Part shown: piece by piece, positions 27,150 to 36,857 of the stretch
How the letters are laid out: the number at the start of each line of letters is the position of its first letter
Numbering within the stretch: the stretch's first letter is position 1
UHGV virus genome: UHGV-1384413
Length of the DNA stretch: 64,000 bases
Reading direction: 5' to 3' (one strand)
Source: a virus
The notes under the pieces: generated by a model
The model's database searches: none
Told to the model about the DNA's origin: nothing
The model's input: the letters and a program-made list of their open reading frames with translations, nothing else
Made by a program: the position numbers and the translations under genes

Positions 27150-29273
27150 TCAGCAACCACAGCTTCCGTAGTGCTTAACCCGTTCTATAACTTCCGCTTG
27201 CTTACCTTTGTTGTAAGGTCGGGAGTTTGGACTGGACAGATACCCAGATACACGTCTAATCACACTGATCGTTCCATCTTCATGGTTTCCGCACTCTGGG
27301 CATACAAAGCCTTTAGCTGTTGCACTGAACTCACCAGAGAATCCACACTTAAGACATTTATCCACAGGTTGGTTAATACCAAAATACATAATGTGTTTAT
27401 ACCCGAAATCGACAAGGGATTCCAAAGCATCCAGGTTGTTTTTCAGGTTAGGTGTTTCTATGTATCCAATGTTGCCGCCAGAAGAGATCATAGCAAAACC
27501 TTCCTCATACTTCCACTTGTCAAAAGGTGAGCTATTGATCCACACGGGTTGGTGGAAACTGTTGGTAAGGTATTCGTGCTCGTGCTTCAACACTTCAGGA
27601 TATTCACGATCTAGACATGTTGCAGCCTTATAGCACAAGCTCTCTGAAGGAGTGCCGTACAAGCTGAATGCCAGACCACTTTCTTTTTTGTACCGATCAC
27701 AAGCGTCTTTCATGTGTTGAAGGATCCCAAGAGCTAAGGACTTGTCTCCCTCTCTGCCTAAAATCTGGCAGGTTTCATACACACCAATATACCCAATACT
27801 TATGGAAGCATACCCGTCATAGAAGAGTTTATCAATACTCTCTTCAGGATCCAGGCGAGCAAGGGCCCCTTCACACCACATGATGGGGTTCTGCCCTGCC
27901 TTTGTTCCTTTTAGACGGTTAACCCTTACAAGGTGAGCCTCGTATGCCAGATCCAAGTACTCGTCAAGAACTGCAAAGAAATCAACACCTTCCGTTTTAG
28001 CTTTTGCCGCAATCATTGGTAGGTTAAGGCTAACAACACCTAAGTTGAATCTGCCAAGGTATTTCTCCTCTCCTGTTTCCAAGTCATTGTATTTGCTAAG
28101 AAAACTCCGGCAACCCATGCTTGTGACATTACCTTCTGTTGAACCTGTCACTTTTCTATTTAGTGGTACAGATACGAAGTCAGGATAAATCCGCTCTGCA
28201 GAGCATTCCAGAGCTAATCGTTTCAAATCATAGTTAGGATCCCCGGGGTTCATGTTGATACCCTCCTCCAGGAAGAACAGCACCTTAGGGAACACAGGTG
28301 TGATACGTTCTTCACCAAGACCCATTTTGTGGACTTTCAGGTAGTTTTTGGTAATCATTCTACCAAAGATTGAGGTATCCAGTCCTAAACTTAATGTGAT
28401 GAATGGGGTTTGCCCGTTGACAGAAGTTAACGTATTGATTTGGTATAGCAAAGTTTGCATACTATCAAACACGTCTTTATCCGTCATTTGCATTGCAACA
28501 GTCTCAGCATCAGGCAACCATTGTTCCTGACAAAATTTAAGATTCTTCTCATAGGTTGCTTCAGCATACTGCGCCAGATAATGATCAATATGGCTCATGG
28601 TCTGACCACCATATTGAGCACTAGCTACTGCACTAGAGATTTGGCTGAGGATTGTTGTTGCAACCCCTATTGACTTCGGCTTACTGACATGGGCGTTGCC
28701 AATGTTGAATCCGTTTTCCAGCATATCCGGATAATTCACCAAACAACAGTTTGTTAACGGACTGATCAGATAGTCAAGATCATGCACATGGATGAATCCC
28801 TTGTTGTGCTCTTCGGAGACACGATCTGGCAGTATCTGTGTTGATGCAAGGTGTTTGCTAAGGATACCTGCAAGCAGGTCACGATGAGTATGTACATGAT
28901 TAGTGGGCTTATTTGCGTTTTCTTTTGTAAATTCATCACAAGTTCGATCCAAGAAGCCACTAATATCTGCAAGCAGTTTTCCACCTGCCTCTCTGTTATT
29001 ATCTCTTGTCTGTCTATACTGGATATATTCTCTGGCTGCACATTTTAAACCCATATCCATAAGAGCATCTTCAACAAGGATATGGATATTTTTTACAGAG
29101 ATCGTGCACTGGTCGGTTGGTAGATTGTTGGCAACAACTTCATTAACCGCACAAGCGATCCGGTAAGCTTCTTCTTCAGTATGCCCAGATTCAAGTAAGG
29201 CGGACTCTGCCGCCTTGATTACCTTAACTCCGTTATAGACCTCTTCTCTACCGTCCCGTTTTACAACTTTCAC
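27150..29273 (-). CDS. nrdD: anaerobic ribonucleoside-triphosphate reductase (class III)
   Basis: C-terminal glycyl-radical-like RRVSGYL motif and CLKCG...CPECG zinc site; GTG start with GGAGAG RBS. Confidence 0.85.
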   Translation of the reverse strand: MKVVKRDGREEVYNGVKVIKAAESALLESGHTEEEAYRIACAVNEVVANNLPTDQCTISVKNIHILVEDALMDMGLKCAAREYIQYRQTRDNNREAGGKLLADISGFLDRTCDEFTKENANKPTNHVHTHRDLLAGILSKHLASTQILPDRVSEEHNKGFIHVHDLDYLISPLTNCCLVNYPDMLENGFNIGNAHVSKPKSIGVATTILSQISSAVASAQYGGQTMSHIDHYLAQYAEATYEKNLKFCQEQWLPDAETVAMQMTDKDVFDSMQTLLYQINTLTSVNGQTPFITLSLGLDTSIFGRMITKNYLKVHKMGLGEERITPVFPKVLFFLEEGINMNPGDPNYDLKRLALECSAERIYPDFVSVPLNRKVTGSTEGNVTSMGCRSFLSKYNDLETGEEKYLGRFNLGVVSLNLPMIAAKAKTEGVDFFAVLDEYLDLAYEAHLVRVNRLKGTKAGQNPIMWCEGALARLDPEESIDKLFYDGYASISIGYIGVYETCQILGREGDKSLALGILQHMKDACDRYKKESGLAFSLYGTPSESLCYKAATCLDREYPEVLKHEHEYLTNSFHQPVWINSSPFDKWKYEEGFAMISSGGNIGYIETPNLKNNLDALESLVDFGYKHIMYFGINQPVDKCLKCGFSGEFSATAKGFVCPECGNHEDGTISVIRRVSGYLSSPNSRPYNKGKQAEVIERVKHYGSCGC

Positions 29274-29548
29274 TTTTTCTCTCCAAAACCATTCTTAACA
29301 AAAGAGATGAAATCGTCAGCACCACCTATGTGGACACTATCAAGGTTGCTTTCCAAGAAGATCTGAGGCAACGTTCTGGGAACAAATGGACTACACTTCT
29401 CAATAAGCTCTTCTTTTGTGTATCCTTCACCGAGCGTCTTGTATACGAAAGGTATACCTTTGCTTGCTGCAAATTCTTTTGCTCTTACACAATGTGGGCA
29501 GTTATCCTTACCGTAGATGATAATGAAAAAAGATTTTTCACAGCTCAT
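29270..29548 (-). CDS. glutaredoxin-like protein
   Basis: CPHC active-site motif in about 90-aa protein; between nrdB and nrdD. Confidence 0.7.
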   Translation of the reverse strand: MSCEKSFFIIIYGKDNCPHCVRAKEFAASKGIPFVYKTLGEGYTKEELIEKCSPFVPRTLPQIFLESNLDSVHIGGADDFISFVKNGFGEKK

Positions 29549-29551
29549 GTA

Positions 29552-30640
29552 TTAAAACTCCCAAATTTCTTCTTCAGCGTCATTAACAGTTGTGTTGACG
29601 CGATAGTCGGTGTTAGACATTTCCTGGTTAGCCGTCTGTTGCAGTGAAGGTTTCATCCACACCTGCATAAACGGTAACGGGTCTTTTGTTGGCGGCACAA
29701 AGTCTTTGTCGATGTTATAGTAATCATAAATCGGTGAACAGTTATAGTCAACCCATTCTTTAAGTAATGGTGAGTTAAGCCCTATAATCGCCCTTCCTTC
29801 GCTGAAAATATAGTCACTCCAACCGTACTCCTTGATCCGTACTTCGTCAAGAATCTCTTTTAACTCTCCCTTAATCTCAAGAAAGCTTTGCTCCCATGTA
29901 GGATCATCAAGCAGGATATCGATGATAGCAAAATCACCTTTCGAATGCAGCATCTCATCAAGCATAATTTTTTGAACGAGTTGTGCAACTTGAACAAAAA
30001 TACCTTGCTCAGCTACTGCGAACGTACATGCAAAACTTGCAATAAACTCAATACTCTCTAGAGCTAAAAGTGCAAAAAGTGCTCTAAGGATACATTTCCG
30101 TACAACATCTTCTTCAACACTGGAAGGATCCAGTCGGTATTTTGCACCAATAACCTCAAGCTCTTGCATATATTTGACAATAACTCCAGACCTGCTTAGC
30201 ACGTTCTGGTTTTCCTGAATCTCTTCTATAATCTCACGAGCATTAGGAAGGCATTGTCTAACAATCTCTGAGTAAGTTAGTGCATGAAGAACCTCGATCT
30301 CAGACTGCTTCATCAACAAGGTGAAAAGTTCACTATTAGTGATAAATGGTGAAAACAGACAAATGATAGATCTTGCTGCAACACTGTCTGCCTCCCATTG
30401 CCACATCAGTGTCTGCACCATTACATCGTAAGTTGACTTTGAGCATGTTACGAAATCCGAAATAGACTGTGACAAATCTACTTCGTCCTCTGCCCAATCT
30501 TGTTCTTTTTGTTTTTTGTATAGTTCAAACAGCTGTGGGTACTTTTTGTTAATAGAGTCGTACATCCCCATCTGCTGTCCTAAAAACAGCGGATAATCAC
30601 CAGTTTTATGAGCAGTGTTCTCAGTATTAAATACAGCCAT
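29552..30640 (-). CDS. nrdB: ribonucleotide reductase class Ia beta subunit
   Basis: Family-typical sequence; start set at internal ATG 30640 with AGAGG RBS (ORF-track start 30730 overlaps nrdA). Confidence 0.8.
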   Translation of the reverse strand: MAVFNTENTAHKTGDYPLFLGQQMGMYDSINKKYPQLFELYKKQKEQDWAEDEVDLSQSISDFVTCSKSTYDVMVQTLMWQWEADSVAARSIICLFSPFITNSELFTLLMKQSEIEVLHALTYSEIVRQCLPNAREIIEEIQENQNVLSRSGVIVKYMQELEVIGAKYRLDPSSVEEDVVRKCILRALFALLALESIEFIASFACTFAVAEQGIFVQVAQLVQKIMLDEMLHSKGDFAIIDILLDDPTWEQSFLEIKGELKEILDEVRIKEYGWSDYIFSEGRAIIGLNSPLLKEWVDYNCSPIYDYYNIDKDFVPPTKDPLPFMQVWMKPSLQQTANQEMSNTDYRVNTTVNDAEEEIWEF

Positions 30641-30647
30641 TATTCTA

Positions 30648-30680
30648 CCTCTAAAATGGGGCCGAAGCCCCTTTTTTAAA
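30648..30680. terminator. bidirectional hairpin terminator/attenuator between nrdA and nrdB
   Basis: GGGGC-CGAA-GCCCC hairpin flanked by T6 on plus strand and T-rich on minus strand. Confidence 0.55.
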
Positions 30681-32996
30681 TTACAGTGCACAACTTTCGC
30701 AATACGGATCTTCAACTGAACTATCTGCAATCAAAGGATAGTTCTTTCTGGTTTCATCTTCAGCCTGTTTCTTCGCGTGAAGCTCCTCTGTCAAAGAGTC
30801 ACCAGCACCAACCCGAGAGTTTAAGTAATACCATGTCTTCATCCCGAATTTAGTAGCACGGATAAGATACCCCAGCTGCTCTTTCATTGAAATTTTACCA
30901 TCTTTCAACTTGGTGTAATCAATATATAGGTCAGCACTGATTGCCTGTCCTGTGAATTTTTGAATCACAGCATACATATCAATCATGTCGTTAGTATCAA
31001 CGTCCCAAGCCGAGGTATAATACTCTTTCAGTTCATCATATTCAGGAACGATAAACAGCACCTGTCCTTGTGGCGACTTTTTAAAGATAATGTGCTCACG
31101 GATAGGATAAACCCCGTTAGTGGTGTTTGTTGCCAGCGAAGAGCTTTCATTAGGCATATATGCTTCAAGAACGCTATTACGTAGCCCACCATTTTCAATG
31201 ATTTCTTTACGTAACCCTTCCCAATCCTGCTTAAGAGAAGGATCTTTCACCACACTATCGACCTCTTTGTTATAGGTGTCGATTGGTAACCAACCCTCCG
31301 GGTATTTTGTTTTATGCATCCACTCACAGACACCACGCTCTTTTGCCAATCGTAAACTTGCCTTATGCAAGCTGTAGCTGTGAAGTTCTGCAAGATCGTG
31401 AACAAGCTGTTTACTTTCAGGAGATCCGTAAGTAACCTTGTGGCTGGCAATAAAATGTGCAACATTAGTAAGGCCAACCCCAATGGATCTGCGTTTTTTA
31501 ACAGTGCTCTCCATATTTTCATACGGATATGTCATGATTTCCATAACATTGTCAATCATAAGCACCGTGTAGTATGCAACATCCTCATACTCCTCTGGGG
31601 TAACCCTTCCAGCTACAAGAGATGACAGGAAGCACAATGCAACTTCGCCATCATCAACATCGTACTTGAAGATATTACGCATATCTGAATAGCCTTTTGT
31701 CGGGAGGGCTATTTCTGCACACAGGTTACTTGAATAGATTACATCTTTAAAAGGTGTATGTCTATTCATCTCATCTGTCCAGTATACGTACAGCCTTCCA
31801 ACCTCGGTACGCTGCGTGATCAGCTCAACAGCAAGATCTCTAGCTCGGATCCATGTTTTAGGAATACTGTCATCTTTAGCGATACGATCAACCTCTGCAT
31901 CAAACTCCTCCATAGACATGGTGAAGATACCCTCATGCAGTTGAGGCGCATGCTTATAAGAAACAAGCATCCAATCTAAATTCTTAGCCACACGGTTGAT
32001 AAACGACCTATTAATACCTATAGAGTAGTCCATGGTGTTGATTCTTTTTGAAGCAACAGTCATAGGGTTTCTCAAACGGATTAGCTCATCAATCTGCGGG
32101 TCCAGTGCAAGGAATGATACTGTTGCAGAACCGCCACGTGATTGTTGTCTGTTCTCCTTAACCCCAGCATCAATACCTCGATAATATGGAATCTTGCCCA
32201 TATGTTTAATAGTGTTACCACGAACACCATCACCTGCAGATCTTGATGATAAATAGTAGCCAATACCTGCTTGGTTAACCGTCATTGTGTATGCAACTTC
32301 ACGTGCCACACCAATAGATTTTGCTGTATCGTCAGCTTTTATTACACAACAAGATGCATACCCTGTCTTGCCTGTGCGTAGACCGTTTAAGTACGGTGTC
32401 GGGGCATTGATCTTTAAGTCTGACAGATAAGTGTATAATTTTACAACATCTTCAATACGGCGTTCTTTCGGCATATTTTTCATGACAGCCATCGCTATCC
32501 CCATAAACATCATCTGTGGAGATTCGAACAGGGTGTCTTTAAGAGTATCCTTGATCCCGTATTTGTCTCGAAACTGTTTAAGGACTGCATAGCCATAACC
32601 AAGGTCTTTACTGTGATCAATAACAGTGTCTAAAGTGTTTAACTCGGTAAAGCTATATCCCATATCCTCCCAATACCCTTTATCAACCATGGTATTGTAA
32701 AATGATGGTAAGGAAGGGATCTTTGTGAATCCTCCAAAAGCCTCTTTATAAATCTGACCGATAAGAACACGACCAGCCATACGAGAATGTGCTTCGTCCT
32801 TACGGCTAACACAGGAGTCTATAATAGCTTGGTTAACTTCTTTGGTTGTGCATCCATCATACAGCCGTTTGTATGCATCAAGTGCAATATGTGACCAATT
32901 GCCGTTACCGTCGTCACCGAAAATAGCTGCCTTATTTAAACGTTCCGGATCGAATGCTACTTCACATCCGTTGCTTTTAATTACCTTGGTGATCAA
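30681..32996 (-). CDS. nrdA: ribonucleotide reductase class Ia alpha subunit
   Basis: 771 aa; N-terminal ITKVIKSNGCEVAFDPERLNK resembles NrdA ATP-cone; C-terminal CESC; apparent TTG start with GGAGGA RBS. Confidence 0.85.
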   Translation of the reverse strand: MITKVIKSNGCEVAFDPERLNKAAIFGDDGNGNWSHIALDAYKRLYDGCTTKEVNQAIIDSCVSRKDEAHSRMAGRVLIGQIYKEAFGGFTKIPSLPSFYNTMVDKGYWEDMGYSFTELNTLDTVIDHSKDLGYGYAVLKQFRDKYGIKDTLKDTLFESPQMMFMGIAMAVMKNMPKERRIEDVVKLYTYLSDLKINAPTPYLNGLRTGKTGYASCCVIKADDTAKSIGVAREVAYTMTVNQAGIGYYLSSRSAGDGVRGNTIKHMGKIPYYRGIDAGVKENRQQSRGGSATVSFLALDPQIDELIRLRNPMTVASKRINTMDYSIGINRSFINRVAKNLDWMLVSYKHAPQLHEGIFTMSMEEFDAEVDRIAKDDSIPKTWIRARDLAVELITQRTEVGRLYVYWTDEMNRHTPFKDVIYSSNLCAEIALPTKGYSDMRNIFKYDVDDGEVALCFLSSLVAGRVTPEEYEDVAYYTVLMIDNVMEIMTYPYENMESTVKKRRSIGVGLTNVAHFIASHKVTYGSPESKQLVHDLAELHSYSLHKASLRLAKERGVCEWMHKTKYPEGWLPIDTYNKEVDSVVKDPSLKQDWEGLRKEIIENGGLRNSVLEAYMPNESSSLATNTTNGVYPIREHIIFKKSPQGQVLFIVPEYDELKEYYTSAWDVDTNDMIDMYAVIQKFTGQAISADLYIDYTKLKDGKISMKEQLGYLIRATKFGMKTWYYLNSRVGAGDSLTEELHAKKQAEDETRKNYPLIADSSVEDPYCESCAL

Positions 32997-33223
32997 TTTG
33001 CTTCCTCCACTTCATCAACGTATTTATCAAGGCAGGTATCAGTATCTTGTTGGGTAAAGGTATCCTCTTCTACAGAGATATTTATAATTTTACCTGTATA
33101 CTCGTCATAATAAACATCATCATACATTTTAATATCGTTTGTCAGGCCATTGAACCAAAGCCAACCAACATATTCTGCCCGACTTGCAAAACCAAGATCC
33201 TTCCACTTGGAGTTATGACTCAT
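32993..33223 (-). CDS. hypothetical protein (76 aa)
   Basis: Internal ATG at 33223 preceded by AAGGTGG. Confidence 0.45.
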   Translation of the reverse strand: MSHNSKWKDLGFASRAEYVGWLWFNGLTNDIKMYDDVYYDEYTGKIINISVEEDTFTQQDTDTCLDKYVDEVEEAN

Positions 33224-33233
33224 CTTCACCACC

Positions 33234-33695
33234 TTAGCTTTCAATACCGAATAATTTTTCCAGGCGATGCAGATCTTCAAAATTGAAAGGTTCATCAACA
33301 ATATGAATATCTTCAGCCTTTTCAGATTGTTTTGTATACTTTCTTACATTGACACGATCCTCTACGGGGATATCATACGGAAGATCTTGAACAAGCATTG
33401 TCTCACCGGGTGCTTTATCTACATCTAGAATATCTACACCATTATACATTTGTGGGTATCTAAAGTCTGCACGCATGACACCAGCAAATACATCGGCCTT
33501 TCGATAATGAGTTGGTTTATTTTTGCATCTAACGTTTTTTCCACGAAGAACATCAATATTTTTTAAATCAAACCCTACGGCAAAGAGTGCAGCTCGAAGA
33601 CCGTTTCGTGTGCGAACGTTAAACCCAGGAACGGTAGATAGGAAATCTAAAGTAACTGAAATAAATGTCTTTTTAGGAATCATAACATCACTCAT
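33234..33695 (-). CDS. hypothetical protein (153 aa)
   Basis: ATG at 33695 preceded by AAGGGAGA. Confidence 0.5.
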   Translation of the reverse strand: MSDVMIPKKTFISVTLDFLSTVPGFNVRTRNGLRAALFAVGFDLKNIDVLRGKNVRCKNKPTHYRKADVFAGVMRADFRYPQMYNGVDILDVDKAPGETMLVQDLPYDIPVEDRVNVRKYTKQSEKAEDIHIVDEPFNFEDLHRLEKLFGIES

Positions 33696-33793
33696 ATCTG
33701 TCTCCCTTTCTGGCTCACCAACAAAGTGAGCCACTATTATAGATTATCTAATGCTATTAGTCAACACAAAAGTTACCTATCGCTGTGATAGGC

Positions 33794-34777
33794 TTACCCT
33801 TTCATGAAGTGGTTATTAAGCAACTGTCTGTGCTGAACCCACCCACAAAAGTTGGCAGACCAGAATTTACCATCACGGTCTTGATGGGTTACACCTTCCT
33901 GCCAAACACAACTATCTTGTGTGATTTCACATGAAGACAGGTAGTAGTTTAAACGTTCCATTGCATTATCGTGATCCATAGGTGTCGCCTGGTGCTCGTA
34001 AGGGCTTGCATGAATACGATCCCCACCAATCAATTTTTTAGCCACACTGTCTGCTTTTTCAAACGTGCTGTCAATATTGCGATAAGATACTTGTGCACAG
34101 CAGCTCGCACTAATAGATAGAGCTTCTCCAGTATCGAGAATGCATAGCTTCCCTTCTGTGTCACGCACGGCATAGTTAAACTCACCGTCCAAATAAACGT
34201 GCTCTACATATGGGGTGTGCCATTGGCCTGGTTTAAGGGTTTCAGGAGTGCTATTCATAAGAGCATCCCACATACAATTAGCCAGCATCTGAATCGTAGG
34301 ATCAGCATCGTGCCAGCAACGCAGATGGAAAAAATTATTCCACTCGGTGCTTGTTACAACTGTTTTCATGCGCTGAAACGGCTCCACTAAGCGATTACAT
34401 ACTTGCTTATGGTAACCAGCAAGGGCGAACTTCTCTGCATGCCACGCGGCGTTTTTTGCAGCTTCTTTCCAAAACTCTTCAGGAGTTAACTCCATATCGG
34501 TATACTCTACACGGATCTTTTGATCGTGTTCCCCACCATCTTCCATCCCTCGCTTATTTACACCGAAGCGAACTGGCATTGCCGGATTCTCCACGATCTG
34601 CTGCAGCATCTTACCGACAGGAACTGCACGAGAAGACATGGCGTTTCGGCTGAACACTCGATGTGTCATAAGCTCTGAGTGAATAATTCGAGGATACTCT
34701 AGCTCAAAAGTGGTGATACGCTTACCTTTCTCGGAAATACTGTCGGCAATAATCTTTGCAGTGCACAGTTTTAGCAT
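33794..34777 (-). CDS. thyX: flavin-dependent thymidylate synthase (ThyX)-like protein
   Basis: THRVFSRNAMSSRA resembles the ThyX RHRx7S signature with first Arg replaced by Thr; AAGGAGAG RBS. Confidence 0.55.
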   Translation of the reverse strand: MLKLCTAKIIADSISEKGKRITTFELEYPRIIHSELMTHRVFSRNAMSSRAVPVGKMLQQIVENPAMPVRFGVNKRGMEDGGEHDQKIRVEYTDMELTPEEFWKEAAKNAAWHAEKFALAGYHKQVCNRLVEPFQRMKTVVTSTEWNNFFHLRCWHDADPTIQMLANCMWDALMNSTPETLKPGQWHTPYVEHVYLDGEFNYAVRDTEGKLCILDTGEALSISASCCAQVSYRNIDSTFEKADSVAKKLIGGDRIHASPYEHQATPMDHDNAMERLNYYLSSCEITQDSCVWQEGVTHQDRDGKFWSANFCGWVQHRQLLNNHFMKG

Positions 34778-34977
34778 TATTTAGCTCTCCTTGTTTTAAT
34801 TTTGGAAATTTCGTCTGGGTTTATGTTGGCCTTAAATGCAAGGTATCTGTTAAACATATCAGAGCACATGTCTTGGGTGATCCTGGAGGCATACACTAGC
34901 TTACCTCCAAGATCATATACCTCTAGCCAGTCACCGTATCTGACTACAGGATCGCCACCTTTAGAACATCTGCCCAT
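34777..34977 (-). CDS. hypothetical protein (66 aa)
   Basis: ORF in coupled array. Confidence 0.45.
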   Translation of the reverse strand: MGRCSKGGDPVVRYGDWLEVYDLGGKLVYASRITQDMCSDMFNRYLAFKANINPDEISKIKTRRAK

Positions 34978-34978
34978 T

Positions 34979-35572
34979 TCAAATACCTTCTAAAAACTTT
35001 CCTATTTTATACCAACTATTGGTGGTATAGTCAACACTGACCTTCAACTCCTCGAATTGCTCATAAGGAGTGTCTTTTAAGATTTTAATAACTTCAGGGC
35101 GTGAAGCGAATTGGTTCAGGTATTCATGCCTGTCGTCAATTATAACATCTACAGCCACATTACCTTTGAAATGTGTGGCGTAGAAGCCGTGGCCCTGGGT
35201 GTGATCGTCCAGATCCATAAAATCACTGGTCCAACGCTTTAAGAACCTTGATTTAGATGCAAGGTGACCTTTCTTGCATACCGAGATAAATGCAAGCTTG
35301 TGACCACGAGCCACCAAATCTTTCATAACCTCAATAGCCCCCTCTTCAGGCTTAAGAAAGTCGTAGAGGAACGGATCACTCCAGAAATCAAAAGGCCCTA
35401 TGATGTTTTCTTTGGGGCGATCAGGCCAATACTTTGACAGATCGTAATACATCAGTCCGTTAGAAGGTTTAGCAACTGTCTTACTGGCTGGACCATACAA
35501 ACGCTCCAACCACTCCCACCATGCTGTTCCTGAATCTACCAGTGTCAAATCTACATCAATTCCGATTAACAT
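34979..35572 (-). CDS. HAD-superfamily phosphatase (5'-deoxynucleotidase-like)
   Basis: N-terminal IGIDVDLTLVD matches HAD motif I (DxDxT). Confidence 0.55.
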   Translation of the reverse strand: MLIGIDVDLTLVDSGTAWWEWLERLYGPASKTVAKPSNGLMYYDLSKYWPDRPKENIIGPFDFWSDPFLYDFLKPEEGAIEVMKDLVARGHKLAFISVCKKGHLASKSRFLKRWTSDFMDLDDHTQGHGFYATHFKGNVAVDVIIDDRHEYLNQFASRPEVIKILKDTPYEQFEELKVSVDYTTNSWYKIGKFLEGI

Positions 35573-36180
35573 TCTTCTTGGGCCTCTTTAGCATCAATAT
35601 ACTTGCACACAATCTCCGATGCACATTCCCAAGGTGCACCTTCAGGGTTTACAACATCGAACTCAATCCCTTTTATTCCGTTCTTTTCCAGACTTAGATA
35701 GGTTCTGGAATCATTTCCCCAGTCATATCCAGCCCGGTGAATACGGAACAACAACAGATCTCCACCTGTGCTGTATGCGTACTCGCTAAGGCATGCCAGC
35801 TCCTCTTTGAAGCCACCATCGGAGTAAACAACAACCCCTTTACCTTCTGGGAAATCTTTCTCCAGAGAAGCAACACTGGCCTTTCCGAAGGCATCACTGC
35901 CGAATACAGGTTTAATCAGGGCCTCGCTACAATGGATCATCCACTCACGAGGAGAAACGTGCTTGCCATCGATCATCAAGAACGGGCACGGCTCTTCTTT
36001 ATAGCGGCGATCATAGAATGCATTCCACAGCTGTGGTGAAATACCTGCTGCCTTAATTGCCACGCTGAATAGCATTTCCTTTACCTCGCGGTGATGCGAG
36101 TTTGGAATAGCTTCCAACAAAAGATCTGCGATATGGTCTTTTCCAGAACTTGGTGGGGCATTAAGAACAATAATATCCAT
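35566..36180 (-). CDS. deoxynucleoside monophosphate kinase-like P-loop protein
   Basis: N-terminal LNAPPSSGKDHIADL P-loop resembling phage dNMP kinases. Confidence 0.55.
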   Translation of the reverse strand: MDIIVLNAPPSSGKDHIADLLLEAIPNSHHREVKEMLFSVAIKAAGISPQLWNAFYDRRYKEEPCPFLMIDGKHVSPREWMIHCSEALIKPVFGSDAFGKASVASLEKDFPEGKGVVVYSDGGFKEELACLSEYAYSTGGDLLLFRIHRAGYDWGNDSRTYLSLEKNGIKGIEFDVVNPEGAPWECASEIVCKYIDAKEAQEEC

Positions 36181-36371
36181 TAAAAACCTCCGTGATATTC
36201 TTCGACTGCATCAATAATACTTTTACACTTATCTACCAGCTCGTTAGCCACTACAGCATCATCTTCCCAAACAGCCTCCTCAATCTGATCAAGAAGTGAT
36301 CGCATCTTCCCCATCATCTCTGGAACAAAGTCTTCTGAAAAGCTGTCGGGAATTGTTAACTCTGGTGTCAT
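36180..36371 (-). CDS. hypothetical acidic protein (63 aa)
   Basis: ATG at 36371 with GGAGA RBS (ORF-track start is TTG). Confidence 0.45.
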   Translation of the reverse strand: MTPELTIPDSFSEDFVPEMMGKMRSLLDQIEEAVWEDDAVVANELVDKCKSIIDAVEEYHGGF

Positions 36372-36398
36372 TGCGGTCTCCAATCATATTGTGCGTTA

Positions 36399-36857
36399 TT
36401 AGAAGTTTGTTTTTACACGTCCCTTTTCATCTACTTCGTTGTTAGCTAAAAGCGTTACAAAGTCTGTAAAACGAACATGAAGAACTCTTTTCTTATCTAG
36501 GTATCCTAAAGCCACACCTGAGAAATTTATCATCAAAGGGGCTAAAGAAGCTCTAGCACTGAAATGCTGCTGCTCCACTCTTCCAACACCCTTAGTATAA
36601 GAAGGGTTGAGATTGTAAGTTCTGAATCCAAGTTTTGTTGGAGCTTTAGAATTAAAAACAACTTTATAACGTTTCTTACTCAGCTTATGTTCCAGAATAA
36701 GCATACCCTTTTCACCCCGGATAAGCTGAAAATCTGTAAAATGCTCTTTTAAGACAAAAGGTAGTGCCAGCCCCATAGCCTGCCCCCTTTGCACGGCTGT
36801 CTCACCAAAAGCTTTTGCATCGGTAAGCTCTTTAGTCAAGTCTATGCTTTTGATCAT
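36399..36857 (-). CDS. hypothetical protein (152 aa)
   Basis: ORF-track ORF. Confidence 0.5.
   Translation of the reverse strand: MIKSIDLTKELTDAKAFGETAVQRGQAMGLALPFVLKEHFTDFQLIRGEKGMLILEHKLSKKRYKVVFNSKAPTKLGFRTYNLNPSYTKGVGRVEQQHFSARASLAPLMINFSGVALGYLDKKRVLHVRFTDFVTLLANNEVDEKGRVKTNF

Noticed and set aside
27120-29166. Antisense ORFs inside nrdD (for example 27120-27530, 28348-28530, 28903-29166 on the plus strand)
   Set aside because: Shadow ORFs opposite a well-supported long gene; no RBS and no family resemblance.
30960-32263. ORFs antisense to or in alternate frames of nrdA (30960-31184, 31247-31522, 31365-31625, 31758-31979, 32081-32263)
   Set aside because: Embedded in the nrdA coding region; nrdA frame is continuous and family-typical across them.
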